The notes: generated by a model from the letters alone, not told the origin. Positions 12,260 through 24,868 are shown, counted from the first letter of the stretch. The stretch: DNA of 64,000 bases from Octopus sinensis (GCF_006345805.1 NC_043004.1:10540001-10604000), one strand, 5' to 3'. Numbers and translations: made by a program.

Positions 12260-13575
12260 ATTGCACGAGGAAGCATTTTATACGAGAGCATTAAGCACGG
12301 TTAAATATTGGGTAGTCCGGAAAGTTCGTGCCGATTTTTAAAGGAAAGAAAAACGTCAATAAATACTTGCCATTACCCAAGCTTTACCAGGTGCTCATGA
12401 ACGACGGATTTTGATATTGAGGCTTTCTGCCAATTCTCGGGTTGTGCAATGTGGGTTATTCTCAATTAATGACTTGATTTTGTTCATCATCTGTAGTGGA
12501 TGGTCTGCCCGATCGTTCTTTATCTATTAGGCTACAATCTCCAGCTCGGAACCTTGCGAACCACTTCCGTACAGTTCTTTCGGATAAAGAAACAACACCG
12601 TAAACTGCGCATATTTCTTTGATTGCTTGTGAGGCATTATTCCTTTTACGGAAAAAGAAAAGCATCAAGTGCCGAAAATGAACTTTCTTATCTTCCATTT
12701 TAAAGGGTTACAAAATTAACACAGGTTATAGGAACATAAACCTTCTTCCATGAAAAGATAGCTTAAACTCTGGTCTAAATGGAGGTGTAGTCAAATCCTA
12801 TTTTATGAACTCAAAGATGTTCTAAAATAAATCGAAAGGTAAGCTACTATAAATTGGCACGAACTTTCCGGACAACCCAATACTTTATATCATTAATTTT
12901 GCTGCAATTGTCATGAGTGCTACTCCTACTTTTCCGATTAATAACTAAAACCAAATCATTAAAAATATTGCTTGTTGCTTTTTGTTGTTTTGGTCCAAAT
13001 CATCTCTCGTCGATATAACATTTCTACGAGGTTGAGTTGAAAAACTTAAGAATAAGCTGATTATCAAGGAGTGATGCTAGACCTGTGAAATCTCGCATAC
13101 ATTAGCTTCACCGCATCTTATCAATAACTGAATCCTTTTCAGGTAAACTAACATCTTACTGTTCAAAGAAGATTTCAAAAGTAACTAGTTGCAACTTCTC
13201 TTGAAAATATATAATGCACGAGGGATCGTTTTATACGAGAGTATCATGCACAATTAAATACATTATATAATGAATTTTGCTGCAATTGTCACGGGTACTG
13301 CCCCTACTCTTCTGACTAATTTTGAAACAAAGGCATTATAGATATTATTTCTGACTTTTTGAGGTTGTTCCAAATCGACTCTAGTCGAGCGGATATGTGA
13401 TGCAACATTTTTACAAAGTCCGGCTGAGTATCAAGGAGTAAAACTGGAACTGGGAGGTCTTGCAAGCGTTAATTTCAACACTTCTTAACAACTGCATGTT
13501 TTCTTTCCAGGTAAACTGACATTTGACTTTTTAAATGTTTCAATAGTAACTAGTAGCGATTTCTCTTGAAAATGG
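12260..13575 (+). repeat. Two diverged ~350-bp tandem units; the first is interrupted by the mariner
   Basis: Shared anchors TTTTATACGAGAG, TTTTGCTGCAATTGTCA, TATCAAGGAGT, CAGGTAAACT and TTCTCTTGAAAAT occur in both units. Confidence 0.75.
12308..12880 (-). mobile_element. Internally deleted mariner element (573 bp) with intact TIRs and TA TSD
   Basis: TIRs TTGGGTAGTCCGGAAAGTTCGTGCCGATT and (reverse complement) TTGGGTTGTCCGGAAAGTTCGTGCCAATT; flanked by TA at 12306-7 and 12881-2; ORF 12462-12698 is a mariner N-terminal HTH (RTVRKWFARFRAGDCSLIDKERSGRP). Confidence 0.92.
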
Positions 13576-14084
13576 ACAAAATTTTCCATCATGCGGAAAA
13601 AGGCTTTAGCTTGCAAGGGCCTTCATATTGATTATGGTTCTATATGAGAGGATGACACTCCATGACCAACTTTTCTCTTTTTCAAGATTACATTAGTTAA
13701 TGTACCCCCGCTTTTTTTTTAGATAGCGGCTGTACAGCTATCGGGTTTTTAGAGAGAAAATCTCAACTGCTATTATATTCAGTTCTTTTATGTGAGGTTT
13801 GTTGTTGTAAGCCCAACGCCATCACCTGCCCAAGCAGTCCTCCAATGAAATGAACTACTTCTTTTTATATGAGATATGATATTTGAAAGGAATTCGGCTG
13901 CTGTTTCTAGCATGATGCGCGGCTATGTAGGGATTTATTCCCTTTATTGGTCCACATGAAGGTTACTTGAAAATGTCACTATGATTTAACCATTTAAAAT
14001 TAATCAATGAAATACTCGAATACTCTGCATAAACACAGGTCAAGTGCTTAAGCATCTTTAGGTCAGTTGAAGCCAGCTATGCCA

Positions 14085-15550
14085 CACATACTGACAGAAT
14101 CACTTCCAGTACCCTCAAACATTATGTGTCAAATCTAGCACCTAAAATCTACAAACACTTCAGTCTTTTCCCCTCTAAATAGGTTTACCCTGATCTTTGA
14201 AAACATGCTGGTACCACTCTAATCCTTCCAATTACCACCTTAGTGCAACCACGTCTAATATTTCGAAGATAATCGACACAACCATTAACGACCATTTCCT
14301 CTGACTCTTTAAATATGGTTTCCAGAAAGCTATACTCGCTGGTAAGTGTTGCTGGAGGGATTGATTTATAGAAGAAAGTCAGGACAAAATCGAATCCTGA
14401 CACACGCCAGAATATGGAATAGTTGGCTCATGCTTCCTGTGGAGAAGCTGGTGAAAGCAATATTGTCGGTTTCAGCAAAGCTTTCATTCATGTCTGTCAT
14501 ACAAATTTTCTATCGAAACTGCTTGCCAATAGGCACTATCGTCGCTCATCTCTTGGGTTGGTAGCTTTCGGTCAGGTTGCACTATTGCTGCGCGTGATCT
14601 TTCTGTTCCATATTGTGGCGTGTCTCGGGATTCGGTTTTGCTCCAACTTTCTTCCATATATAAACGGCTTACTCTGTCCAACAACACTCACTCTCATAAA
14701 GATGACAGCGTCCTTCATCTTCCCCTTTAATGTTACCCATCTATGCATTGCCCCTTTCAACCTAGTCATCATTCCTTTAAGCCGCACTATCTCTAATGAA
14801 CAGAGAGCGCTAAAGTATTTTCCGGTGGGGATATGTCAATCTTGTCCCTTTCAACGGCAGGAAAACTTAAACGTTACTCCTGTCAATAGGACAACACCAT
14901 GCCACACACCAGTTAATCAAGAGCCCTCATAATTGTGGTAACTGTTAATATCACTGGGGATCTACCCTGACCAAAGTACTCCTTAGCTTAACTATGACAG
15001 CTTCTTAAGAACTGTCGCATCTTTTCAGGGTCAGAAGATATTTCCCCTCTCAATAATTTTTGATTCTTTGAAACCTCATTTGGTGCCCGCAATTGAACTC
15101 TCACGTCTGAGACAGCTGCTGCTGTGCACAAACAGTCTAGAACGCATACAGAAGTGGTTTCCCGAATGGCATAAAGGCACCAAGAAACATGCACCCGAAT
15201 GACATAAATCGCTGACAAGCATGCACCCGAATGATACAATCTCACCAACAAGCATGCCCCCGAATGACACAAATTCATCAACAAGCATGCACTAACTTCT
15301 GGATCATAGGTGCGGTGTCTCTTGTTTCTGCTTGTACTACCGTTCGATTATATGGCTTTTGCTGCTCAAAGCTGGCAGGCCTTATGCTAACTACACACGG
15401 TCTTTCCATTTACTCGCTGCTCAGCCTCTCATCACTTTTGTGTCCACACTCCGTATTCGAACAAGACCTCACAGTGATTCCTCCTCAGAATATCGGTTTA
15501 CTTATATTCCCGTCCTGCACATGGCCTTCGCGCATGTTCAACATACAATT
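14085..15550 (+). mobile_element. Degraded CR1/Jockey-like LINE, RT region
   Basis: Frameshifted remnants PSNY..ISKIIDT, (D)FSKAFIHVCHTNFLSKL, CGVSRDSV.APT, NLVPFN, LFRVRRYF, LERIQK follow the RT motif order of CR1/Jockey-group elements. Confidence 0.7.
15161..15291 (+). repeat. 32-33 bp minisatellite x4 inside the LINE RT remnant
   Basis: Four units each starting CCCGAATG and ending CATGC(A/C). Confidence 0.85.
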
Positions 15551-15973
15551 ACAGATGAAGAGCACTTATGGAGACATTCTTACCAAGTCGGCAAAGGTCA
15601 TGGGCTTTGTCAGTTTCTTCTCCACACCTAGGAAAAAATGAAATTAAGCTTGAATGATAATGCAATAGTCTTGTGAAGTGGTTACCTAAAGCAGTTTGAT
15701 GGGTTTCTATTTGGAGCTTGTCAATTTTGCATAATTGCACAGATAGTTGGAAGTTATTTTCTAAAAAACAAACATTAAAGTTTTCTGTTAATTGATAATG
15801 GAAATCGTTTTTTTTTTTTCCATTATGATATTACATGGTGCTTAGATATCTTCTTCAAGTAGTTTTAAAAAAATAATACTTAACTTTGGACGCGCTTTGC
15901 CGCAGAATACAGGCAATTAAACTACGATCCAAGCTACTAAAATAACAGCCAAATGTATCAAAATAGTACACAG

Positions 15974-16371
15974 CAGGCACAGAAGTGGCTGTGTGATAAG
16001 TAGTTTGCTTACCAACCACATGGTTCCGGCTTCAGTCCCACTGCGTGGCACCTTGGGCTAGTGTCTTCTACTATAGTCTCAGGCTGACCAACGCCTTGTG
16101 AGTGGGTTTGGTAGACGGAAACTGAAAGAAGCCCGTCGTATATATGTATATATATATGTGCTTGTGTGTCTGTGTTTGTACACCCAACATCGCTTGACAA
16201 CCGATGCTGGTGTGTTTGCGTCCCCGTAACTTAGCGGTTCGGCAAGATGGACCGATAGAATAAGTACTAGGCTTCTAAAAGAATAAGTCCTGGGGTCGAT
16301 TTGCTCGACTAAAGGCGGTGCTCCAGCATGGCCGCAGTCAAATAACTGAAACAAGTAAAAGAGTAAAAGAG
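15974..16371 (+). mobile_element. SINE family A, full length, abutting the mariner catalytic-domain remnant
   Basis: Family A layout; its tail joins directly to the reverse complement of DLAPPD. Confidence 0.9.
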
Positions 16372-17110
16372 TCAGGTGGAGCAAGATCAAAAGAGTAAGG
16401 AGGTTGAGGCAAATCTTTCATATTTACTGACAAAATCTTTTCTTGAGTGACTTCGGTGATAAGTGGTCTTGCATCATCGCGTAACAGCAACATCTCCTTT
16501 AAGTTTAACAAATGTTTGCGCTTTTTCAGTCAATTTTTGTGCAGTTCAAATTGATGGCAATGCATTTCAGTTGTTACTGTTTCATTTTAGTTGAACATTT
16601 CTGGTCGACGACATTTTTCTCTCGCAAGAAACACAGAGCAAAAGTATTTTTAGTTGTAGTCCTGGTTTAAGGATATATTCTCCCTTTCCATTTGCTACTA
16701 ACATCGTCTTTTTCGCTGGCTATGATCATAGAGAGCCTGCCTTTTGCCAGCTGTGATGATTCTACCCAGGAAAGTTTCGATAGTAAGACTACTCTTCAAT
16801 GACAAACGGAGGGGGTGGGTGGTCAACACTTTGATTAAATTGAGAAGCAGTCGATTAATGAAGGACCCTCTGACCAATTAAGCCACTTTTCTCAGTTCAT
16901 GAAAGTGTTTTATGATCATTGTATGTCTTGAATTGAAATATTTTGCTAATTAATTCTAGTGAAATTCGCTTTGGATCTTATTCGACTACGATTTTCAAAA
17001 GCTCGGAACTTGGTCCTCCAGATCGAAGGGAATCTACGAGAGAATATGTTGCCGAGCGAGAATGGCCAAACTAACATTGGCATGTCCGAACACTGAAAGC
17101 TTTATTTCTG
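16372..17110 (-). pseudogene. Degraded mariner (DD34D) transposase
   Basis: Minus strand reads LLLRDDARPLITEVTQEKILSVNMKDLPQPPYSFDLAPPD, matching HDNARPH...YSPDLAPSD with 34 residues between the second and third catalytic D; upstream remnants resemble the HTH and RSGGP regions. Confidence 0.8.
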
Positions 17111-17394
17111 TAAACAAAATGAATATTTCTTACCGCTTCTATTGCTGTAGAGTCCCTTTTGAATTTTTGCAGCATACAGTGTATGATACAGGTGTGAGCT
17201 GAACTCTTTTTCAGCGAGTTGAATTCGATACGAATTTAACTATTGTGGTACAAAAATAAATTGCAAAAGTGATGCTAATTTTACTGTAAGTATTGAAAAA
17301 TTACCCTCAAAGTGACTGTCAAAATCCAACAAGACTTCCTTTCTAATATAATACTTTAGTTAGCGTTTACATAAACCCGTTCCTGTTGTATCTT

Positions 17395-17623
17395 ATTTCT
17401 TTATTCCCACAAGGGGCTAAACATAGAGGAGACAAACAAGGACAGACAAAGGGATTAAGTCGATTACATCGACCCCAGTGCGTAACTGGTACTTAATTTA
17501 TCGACCCCGAAAGGATGAAAGGCAAAGTCGACCTCGGTGGAATTTGAACTCAGAACGTAAGGACAGACGAAATACTGCTAAGCATTTCACCCGGCGTGCT
17601 AACGTTTATGCCAGCTCACCGCC
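17395..17623 (-). mobile_element. SINE family B with TSD
   Basis: 9-bp TSD TTGTATCTT at 17386-17394 and 17624-17632. Confidence 0.88.
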
Positions 17624-18514
17624 TTGTATCTTGGCTTCATGTAATACAAGCGTTTTGTTAAATAATTTCTACAAATAAATCGAGTGCTTAGCTGCAGGTG
17701 AGATTTACTTGAAGAATTTTGACCTGGAAGGAAACTCCACGGCGCCACCGCACCACCGCGCCACTATAATAACGGCTTCAGATAATAACGAAAACATGGA
17801 TTTAATATATCGGCTCTACGTCGCAGATGTCATACGAGTTATAGGAAGAATTGTTCGACTAGTGAATGTATTGTATTGCTTCAGATGCAATTATATGTAT
17901 AGTTTTTTCCTCATTTCTGGAAGGAATGAGTCAGTCTGTAGAGTTGACAGTATTAGACAGAAGTGGCTTCCTAAAGCCGATGTGTATTAAAAGAAAAACT
18001 TTTCTGTTGACAATGAGACAAAAAAATAAAGAAAGAAAGAAAGAAGCCAAACAAAAAAGAGAAAAAAAATTACTGAAATATAATGCCTGCTACTAGCAGA
18101 CTGCCATCTTTGAAATGTAAGCAATTATTGTTGTATGACATAAGTAATTCAGACAAATAAAACTTTTAATTGCTGCATCGCCCAATGCTTAATGCGAGAT
18201 ATAATTGATGGAGAAAACCACATCACTGTCATGTATTAGTTTTTTTTTTGTCTTTTCACATCTTGACAAGGGAGACATGGAGACTAATTAATGAAGAAGT
18301 GGCTGAAATTAAGTTTGGCACAACGGCGGCGAGTTTCTCACCTCGACGCTAAGTTAATGTAATTCTTTTGTTGTTTAACCCCAGGCTGATTCAACATTTA
18401 ATTAGGAACATTCTAATCCTGGCTACGTTAAGAAAGCTGTCTTTTATTTTTAAGGCGCTGGGAAATTTAGAAGTGATAGCCAGCAGTGGTTTACCTTTCT
18501 TATATCTATTACTT

Positions 18515-18954
18515 GTTATTTGTTTCAGTTAGTGGTCTGCGGCCATGCAGGGGCATCGCCTTGAGAAGTTTTCTTCTTAGTTGAACAAATTGATCCCAGT
18601 ATTTATTCTATCGGTCTCTTTCGAGACCACAAGTTTACCAGGATGCAAACAAACCAACACCGTATACACACGCTCAGACACACACACATACATACATATA
18701 TGTATGTATATATATATATATGTGTATATATATATATATACACATACATACATACACATGTATGTGTATGCAGACATACACATGCATACAAACATACACA
18801 CACGCACACACACATATACGGCGGAATTCCATACCAATTCTCTCACAGGGCCGGAGTTATAGCAGAAGATACTTGCCCAAGTTGCGGCACATTGGGTCTG
18901 AACTCGAAACCATTTGCTGGGGAAGCGGGGATTCTTAACCGCACAGCCATGCCT
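18515..18954 (-). mobile_element. Diverged SINE family A
   Basis: Reverse complement of tail, expanded microsatellite and head. Confidence 0.75.
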
Positions 18955-18984
18955 TCTCCCTCACAAGAAATAAATCGTTTCTGC

Positions 18985-19188
18985 AAAAGGTATAAGGCCT
19001 GAAATTTTGGGGAAGGGCCCCGTTAATTAGATCAATCCCCAGTACGCAAATGGTACTTAATTTATCGACCCCGAAAGAATGAAAGGCAAAGTCGATCTCG
19101 ACGGAATTTGAGCCCAGAACGTAAAGACGGACGAAATACTGCTAAGCATTTCGCCCAGCGTGCTAACGTTTATGTCAGCACGCCGCGT
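18985..19188 (-). mobile_element. SINE family B, older tail variant
   Basis: ATCGACCCCGAAAGAATGAAAGGCAAAGTCGA core. Confidence 0.8.
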
Positions 19189-19562
19189 AAACTCACAAGA
19201 AATAAATACGGAGGCAGAAAACGATCCTCGTCACTTTGTGACTTTCATAAACTTAAGAAACTGGATCTAATTATACGTTTGACTTTCGAAAAGTCTTTGA
19301 TTTCCAGTGTTTCATCGTTTGGGACTTCAAAAACTCGCCGTAGTTACATTTTTTGGATGGATGAGGGTAGAGATGTCTCCGAAGGATTCTTAATTTTGTG
19401 CTATCTTATTTCAAATATATGTAAGGAATAGTTTCAATCCTTAGTGTCTATATGAATGAATGCTGCACGCATTAGATAAGAGTCGAATTTCCTCTTAATT
19501 GCAGCTAAAACCAGAACCATATCTTCGCATTACACTGGTGAAAACTTGTACTCGTCCGCTTA

Positions 19563-19933
19563 ACAGGAGTGGCTGTGTGGTAAGTACCTTGCTTACCAAC
19601 CACATGGTTCCGGCTTCAGCCCCACTGCGTGGAACCTTGGGCAAGCCTTGAGAGTGGAATTGGTTGACGGAAACTGAAAGAATCCCGTCGTATATATGTA
19701 TACGTATATATATATGTGTTTGTGTGTTTGTGTGTCTATGTTTGCCATCCCCCCACCAACATCGCTTGACAACCGATGCTGGTTTGTTTACGTCCCCGTA
19801 ACTTAGCGGTTCGGCAAAAAAGACCGATAGAATAAGTACCAGGCTTACAAAGAATAAGTCGTGGCGTCGATTTGCTCGACTAAAGGCTGCAGTAAAATGA
19901 CTGAAACAAGTAAAAGAGTAAAAGAGTAAAAGA
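19563..19933 (+). mobile_element. SINE family A with internal deletions
   Basis: Family A head and tail. Confidence 0.85.
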
Positions 19934-20324
19934 GATCGCATCAGTTGATCAGCAAATGCCATATTTTCTGATTTCTTAGAGTGATCTTTCGCAATAACCT
20001 GGATGAGTATTGACTGTAGTACCCTCAAAAAATAGCCTATGAGTTGTTCCCCCTGATTCTTTAACCATGTAAATAAAAGAGAAGAGAAAGGTCCCTCCCA
20101 AGTCATGTATATATTCTCTCACCTGGACGGGACAGTCTGTCACAGGAGTCTTCATTTTTGCCAGCTGAGTAGACTGGTGCAACGGGAAATGAAATATTTT
20201 GCTCAAGAACACAAAGTATTGCCCACTCTAGGTATTGAAACCACAATTCTATGATCATGAGTTCAACTCACTAACTAGTAACCACGCGCCCCCATTTCCC
20301 TGGCTTAACGTAACCTATATTGGC

Positions 20325-20545
20325 TTCAATTTTTGGCACAAGGTTGGCATTTTCGGGGGAGTAACTAACTCGATTACATCGACCCCAGTGTTCAACTGGT
20401 ACGTATTTTATCGACCCCCCCCCCAAAAGGATGAAAGTCAAAGTCGACCCCGACGGCATTTGAAAACAGAACATGAAGACGGACGAAATGTTGCTAAGTA
20501 TTTTCCCCAGCTTGTTAACGATTCTGCTTATTCGCCGCTTTTCAG
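20325..20545 (-). mobile_element. Diverged SINE family B
   Basis: CGATTACATCGACCCCAGTG...AAAGTCAAAGTCGACC core. Confidence 0.75.
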
Positions 20546-20818
20546 TGTAAGCCATATCATGAGCGTATAGAAGAATCGGAAGGAGAGAATGAGAGGGAGA
20601 GAAGGAGACAGTAATCTACCTAAGTATTAAACCGATAGATTAGCTATCGGGCCTGGAACGGTGGAATGTAAGATTTAATCTCGGTTACATACAAAATTCA
20701 AAGACAGGAACCGAAACCAAAGTACAAATAGAAAGATACAGTTCTATATTTAAGAGATGAGGAATTATGTACATTATTTACATTCGACAGATATTTGTTC
20801 TCATCTTGTTTGTTGTTA

Positions 20819-20862
20819 ACATAACGTTTCGGCTGATATACCCTCCAGCCTTCCTGAGGTGT
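20819..20862 (-). ncRNA. Degenerate type I hammerhead-like motif (family 3)
   Basis: Minus strand ACAC-CUCAGGA-A-GGCUG(GAGGGUAUAU)CAGCC-GAAACGU-U-AUGU; stem II perfect, core differs from CUGANGA at G5. Confidence 0.5.
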
Positions 20863-20934
20863 CTTGGGGAAATTTCAAACCTGGGTTCTCATCCCTAAGA
20901 TATTTTTCGATTTTATAATAATAATAATAATATT

Positions 20935-21175
20935 CTTTCGCCCTTTTCAAGCGTATGTGTTCCCCCCAGCTGAACAGGACGCCAGTCCATGGCAGCGTTA
21001 CTTAAGAAACAGGAAGAGAGAGTGAGAGAAAGTTGTGGCGAAAAAGTACAACAGGGGTCGCCACCACCCTATTATTATTATTGTTGTTTTTGTTCAGGTC
21101 ACTGCTTGGAGTCGTACTTGGAATCTTGGGGTTTATTAGCTCGCGGTCTTAACCACTACGCCATATGCCCGTGGG
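20935..21175 (-). mobile_element. tRNA-derived SINE with a family C-type tail
   Basis: Minus-strand head GGGCATATGGCGTAGTGGTTAAG...; tail shares TCGCCACAACTTTCTCTCACTCT with family C copies. Confidence 0.6.
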
Positions 21176-21650
21176 CCGATATGGCGTAGTGGGCATATAG
21201 CGTAATGTAAATAACAAATAGAATGCTTGGCTTACCGAATGGCTTCTCCACCGACTATCTAAAGGCACTCTCCCACCCAATACCTTATTTGTTTTCTTTT
21301 TACAAATATTCACAGGTGAAACGGAAAATAGACATCATCGCCATATTTAGATTTACGTGACGTGATAAAGAGACAGGGTTTCATGAAACAGAAAAAAAGG
21401 TTACTGTTTATTCAGTCAGCCGAAGAAAATGTAGGTGAGACTCGTTTAGGAAATCGCAATTGTATATGTCGCAATGTCAACATAGCAGTGTTTATGTAAA
21501 GGTTACGTACAAATAGGAGGAACTGTGCTGTTTTGAGGGGAATGAGATTTAAAAAGACACAAAACTCAGACACATAGACACACACGAATATTTGACTTAC
21601 TGTGTGTAACCCATAAATTTATTTTCTTTACGTATTCTCTCTGCTAATCC

Positions 21651-21679
<29 letters not shown>

Positions 21680-21685
<6 letters not shown>

Positions 21686-22210
21686 ACACATACATACATA
21701 CATACATACATACATACATACATACATGCATACATTCATACATACATACATACTTACGTCCATACATACATACATACATACATACATACATTCATACATT
21801 CATACATACATACTACATACATACATACATACATACATACATACATACATACATGCACACACAGACACATAAATATATGTGTATGTTCTATATACGAGCG
21901 TATTAAAGGATAAAAATATGGGAAAAAATTAACACACTTGCGCACAGATGTGTATAAACGAACATACGTATGTGCCTACGTATACATAGATACATAGATA
22001 CATAGATACATACATTTCCAGTTATCATTTAAATATATACAAGCATCTCTAGATATGCAACTGTATGCATAATACATATATAAAACATACAAATCTGTAC
22101 ATACATACATCCATACATATATATACAAACATACATACATACATACATACATACATACATACATACATACATAATACATACATACATACATACATACATA
22201 CATGCATGCA
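21680..22210. repeat. (TACA)n tetranucleotide tracts
   Basis: Directly visible. Confidence 0.95.
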
Positions 22211-22411
22211 TGTCAACTTGCTAACGTTTCTACCAGCTCGCCGCCTTGCCTATGCTGTATACCATGCTCCAAAACAAAGGGTGTTACATCGGAAGCAAGA
22301 TTCGGATCCTACATCTCCAAAATGAAAGACCTCCACACATGTGTATCATGTTTAAAAATCACAGAGCGAAACGTAATATCAGTAATATCATATAAGTAAT
22401 CTGTTGATTTA

Positions 22412-22625
22412 AGGCGCGTGGCTTAGTGGTTAGAGTGTTTGGCTCACGATGTCAAGGTCATGAGTTCGATTTCCGGCGACTCCCTCTGCGCTTGAGCAAG
22501 ATACTTTATTTCTCGTAGCTTCAGTCCACTCAGCTGGCAAAAATGAGTTGTACCTGTATTTCAACGGGCCGGTCATGTCACGTTCTGTGTCACGTTGAAT
22601 CTCCTTGAGAACTACGTTGAGGTTA
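22412..22625 (+). mobile_element. tRNA-derived SINE family D
   Basis: Head GGCGCGTGGCTTAGTGGTTAGAGTG...GAGTTCGATTTCC; 3' part TGTACCTGTATTTCAA...GAGAACTACGTT is shared with the family C copy at 4101. Confidence 0.7.
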
Positions 22626-22837
22626 TTCGACATGCCATGAGATTGGGCGCTGAATGAATATATGTTCTTTCCCTGTTCCTTAAAGGTTTTGTAAAAGGGT
22701 TTATAAAATCGAAATATAAAAACTAATTTAATAATTCGAAGGTATTCCTTTTATTCGTTATCCTTTTATTGTTTATCGTGTATATTTATTGTTCTCTCTG
22801 CAGTGCAAAATTTTCACTTCATTTAATATATGGTTAT

Positions 22838-23045
22838 TCTTTTACTATTTTACTTGTTTCAGTCATTTGACTGTGGCCATGCTGGAGCACCACCTTTAGT
22901 CGAGCGAATCGACCCCAGGACTTATCCTTTGTAAGCCTAGTACTTATTCTGTCGGCCTGTTTTGCCGAACCGCTAAGTTACGGTGTCGTAAACACACCTG
23001 TATCGGTTGTCAAGCGATGTTGGGGAGAAAACACAGACACACAAA

Positions 23046-23114
<69 letters not shown>

Positions 23115-23560
23115 GGATGGGCTTATTTCAGTTTCCGTCTACCAAATCCACTCACAAGGCTTTAGTCGGCCTATGGCTATTGTAGAAGACACTTGCCCAA
23201 GGTCCCACGCAGTGGGACTGAACCCGGAACCATGTGGTTGGTAAGCAAGCTACTTATCAGTCTTAATATTTCAATATCTAAATTAAATTTAATTAGAATT
23301 AACTTGAGTTTTGACAATCAGTAAAATTTTCAATTTCTTCTCAAATTGCAAAATTGACAAAGTTATATCTTTATACATATACATATACATATATACGACG
23401 GGCTTCTTTCAGTTTCCGTCCACCAAATCCACTCACAAGGCTTTGGTCGGCCCGAGGCTATAGTAGAAGGCACTTGTCCAAAGTGCCATGCAGTGTGACT
23501 GAACCCGGAGCAATGTGGTTGGTAAGCAAGCTACTACCACACAACCACTCCTACGCCTAT
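22838..23560 (-). mobile_element. SINE family A (22838-23258) plus a head-only half copy (23390-23560)
   Basis: Reverse complement of the family A layout; the second copy breaks at its microsatellite. Confidence 0.85.
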
Positions 23561-23571
23561 ATATGTGTGAC

Positions 23572-23705
23572 GCTTGCAGCACCTAGATTTCTCAAGCGGT
23601 CACCCATGTAAGTACTAACTAGGCTCGACGTTGTTTAACTTCGCTGATCGGCCGAAAACCGGTGCTTTCAACGTGATGTGGCCCTCAACGTGATATGGTT
23701 GTCAT
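23572..23705 (-). pseudogene. 5S rRNA: 5S rRNA pseudogene
   Basis: Minus strand CCACATCACGTTGAAAGCACCGGTTTTCGGCCGATCAGCGAAGTTAAACAACGTCGAGCCTAGTTAGTACTTACATGGGTGACCGCTTGAGAAATCTAGGTGCTGCAAGC aligns over the full length to the animal 5S consensus as I recall it; box C GG is changed to AC, no oligo-T terminator follows, and the 5' end is duplicated. Confidence 0.88.
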
Positions 23706-23806
23706 TGGTTGTTAGGATGAAGGTAAAGATCTAAGAAATATATAAGGCTTATGCTAAAATTTCAGACCCTCATTAGAAGGTCCTTACCAAGTGTATCTAT
23801 TGACGA

Positions 23807-23848
<42 letters not shown>

Positions 23849-23939
23849 GATCAATCATTTCTAATATAACCTCATAATTATTGTAATGAGTTTCTTATTT
23901 TGTGTACCTAAGCTGAGTAAAGCAACGTGGGTACAAATC

Positions 23940-24670
23940 TCCGTGCTGTCAAATGATATCAAAGCAACCTATGAGATGGTATATTCTATAACGCATAATA
24001 ATATCTATACCAATGCCACCTGTATTATTTTATATTATACGACTGACATTGTAGATGACATTAATAACTCTGTAGAGTTTCTCAACATCAGATCAGATCA
24101 GATCCTAACCCTTTCTCGACATTTCATGAATACGTATAGATTCGCGGGAAGATTATATCAACAATTGATTTAATGGATCCATGCATAGCTATTTAGCGGA
24201 GGTAATTAAACTCTTTCCATATACTTTCTTTGTTTGAACCGAAAACCAATCACTAGAATCTCTGCTATTTATAGCATGAAGTCTTCCGGTAAATCACTAC
24301 AAAATATAATATCAAATTCATTGATACTTTCAAATCCTTTACATTTCATAATCTCTACTATATAACAATTTAATTTAAATCTTTCCCCCACCTTCCTTCC
24401 AATATTATAAGTACCTACTTTACATGTTTAACTATACATGCACTGCTTCCAATATATTATCAATTTATTAAGTATATAGATCAATTACAAATTCAACAAA
24501 CTATTCTAAATCCTACTAAACTTAGACACACATTACAAATCCACATACGCCACCTTTAAATACACGGACAGAGTTCATTCCAATATAATACATTAGGAGA
24601 TATGTCCTTTACTATATCACAAAACCAGAATGTAAACGACGAACTGTAAAATACAAATTGGTGCTTCAGT
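23940..24670 (+). mobile_element. Possible highly degraded Penelope-like element RT fragment
   Basis: ILTLSRHFMNTYRFAGRLYQQL resembles the PLE motif LVLxNNYFxFNGxxYxQ; a later remnant resembles HP...IPY...RR. Confidence 0.4.
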
Positions 24671-24868
24671 AATTGGCTGATATTAATTTTTTTTATGGAT
24701 TATTCAGTATATATCATCTATTATCATTCACGGACTGCAAATTTTAATATTTATCTTCTGCTGTACGTTGAAGGCTCTCATTTCGTTCCTGCAAGCGTTT
24801 ATACAACACAAAAATCTGCAAGCACACGAATGTATGTGAATATGTATATTTGTATCAGGTAATGTGTA

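Noticed and set aside
13130-13520. Two YYYYCAG|GTAAAC sites resembling recursive splice sites
   Set aside because: Both lie at the same position of a duplicated repeat unit; no exon or transcript evidence.
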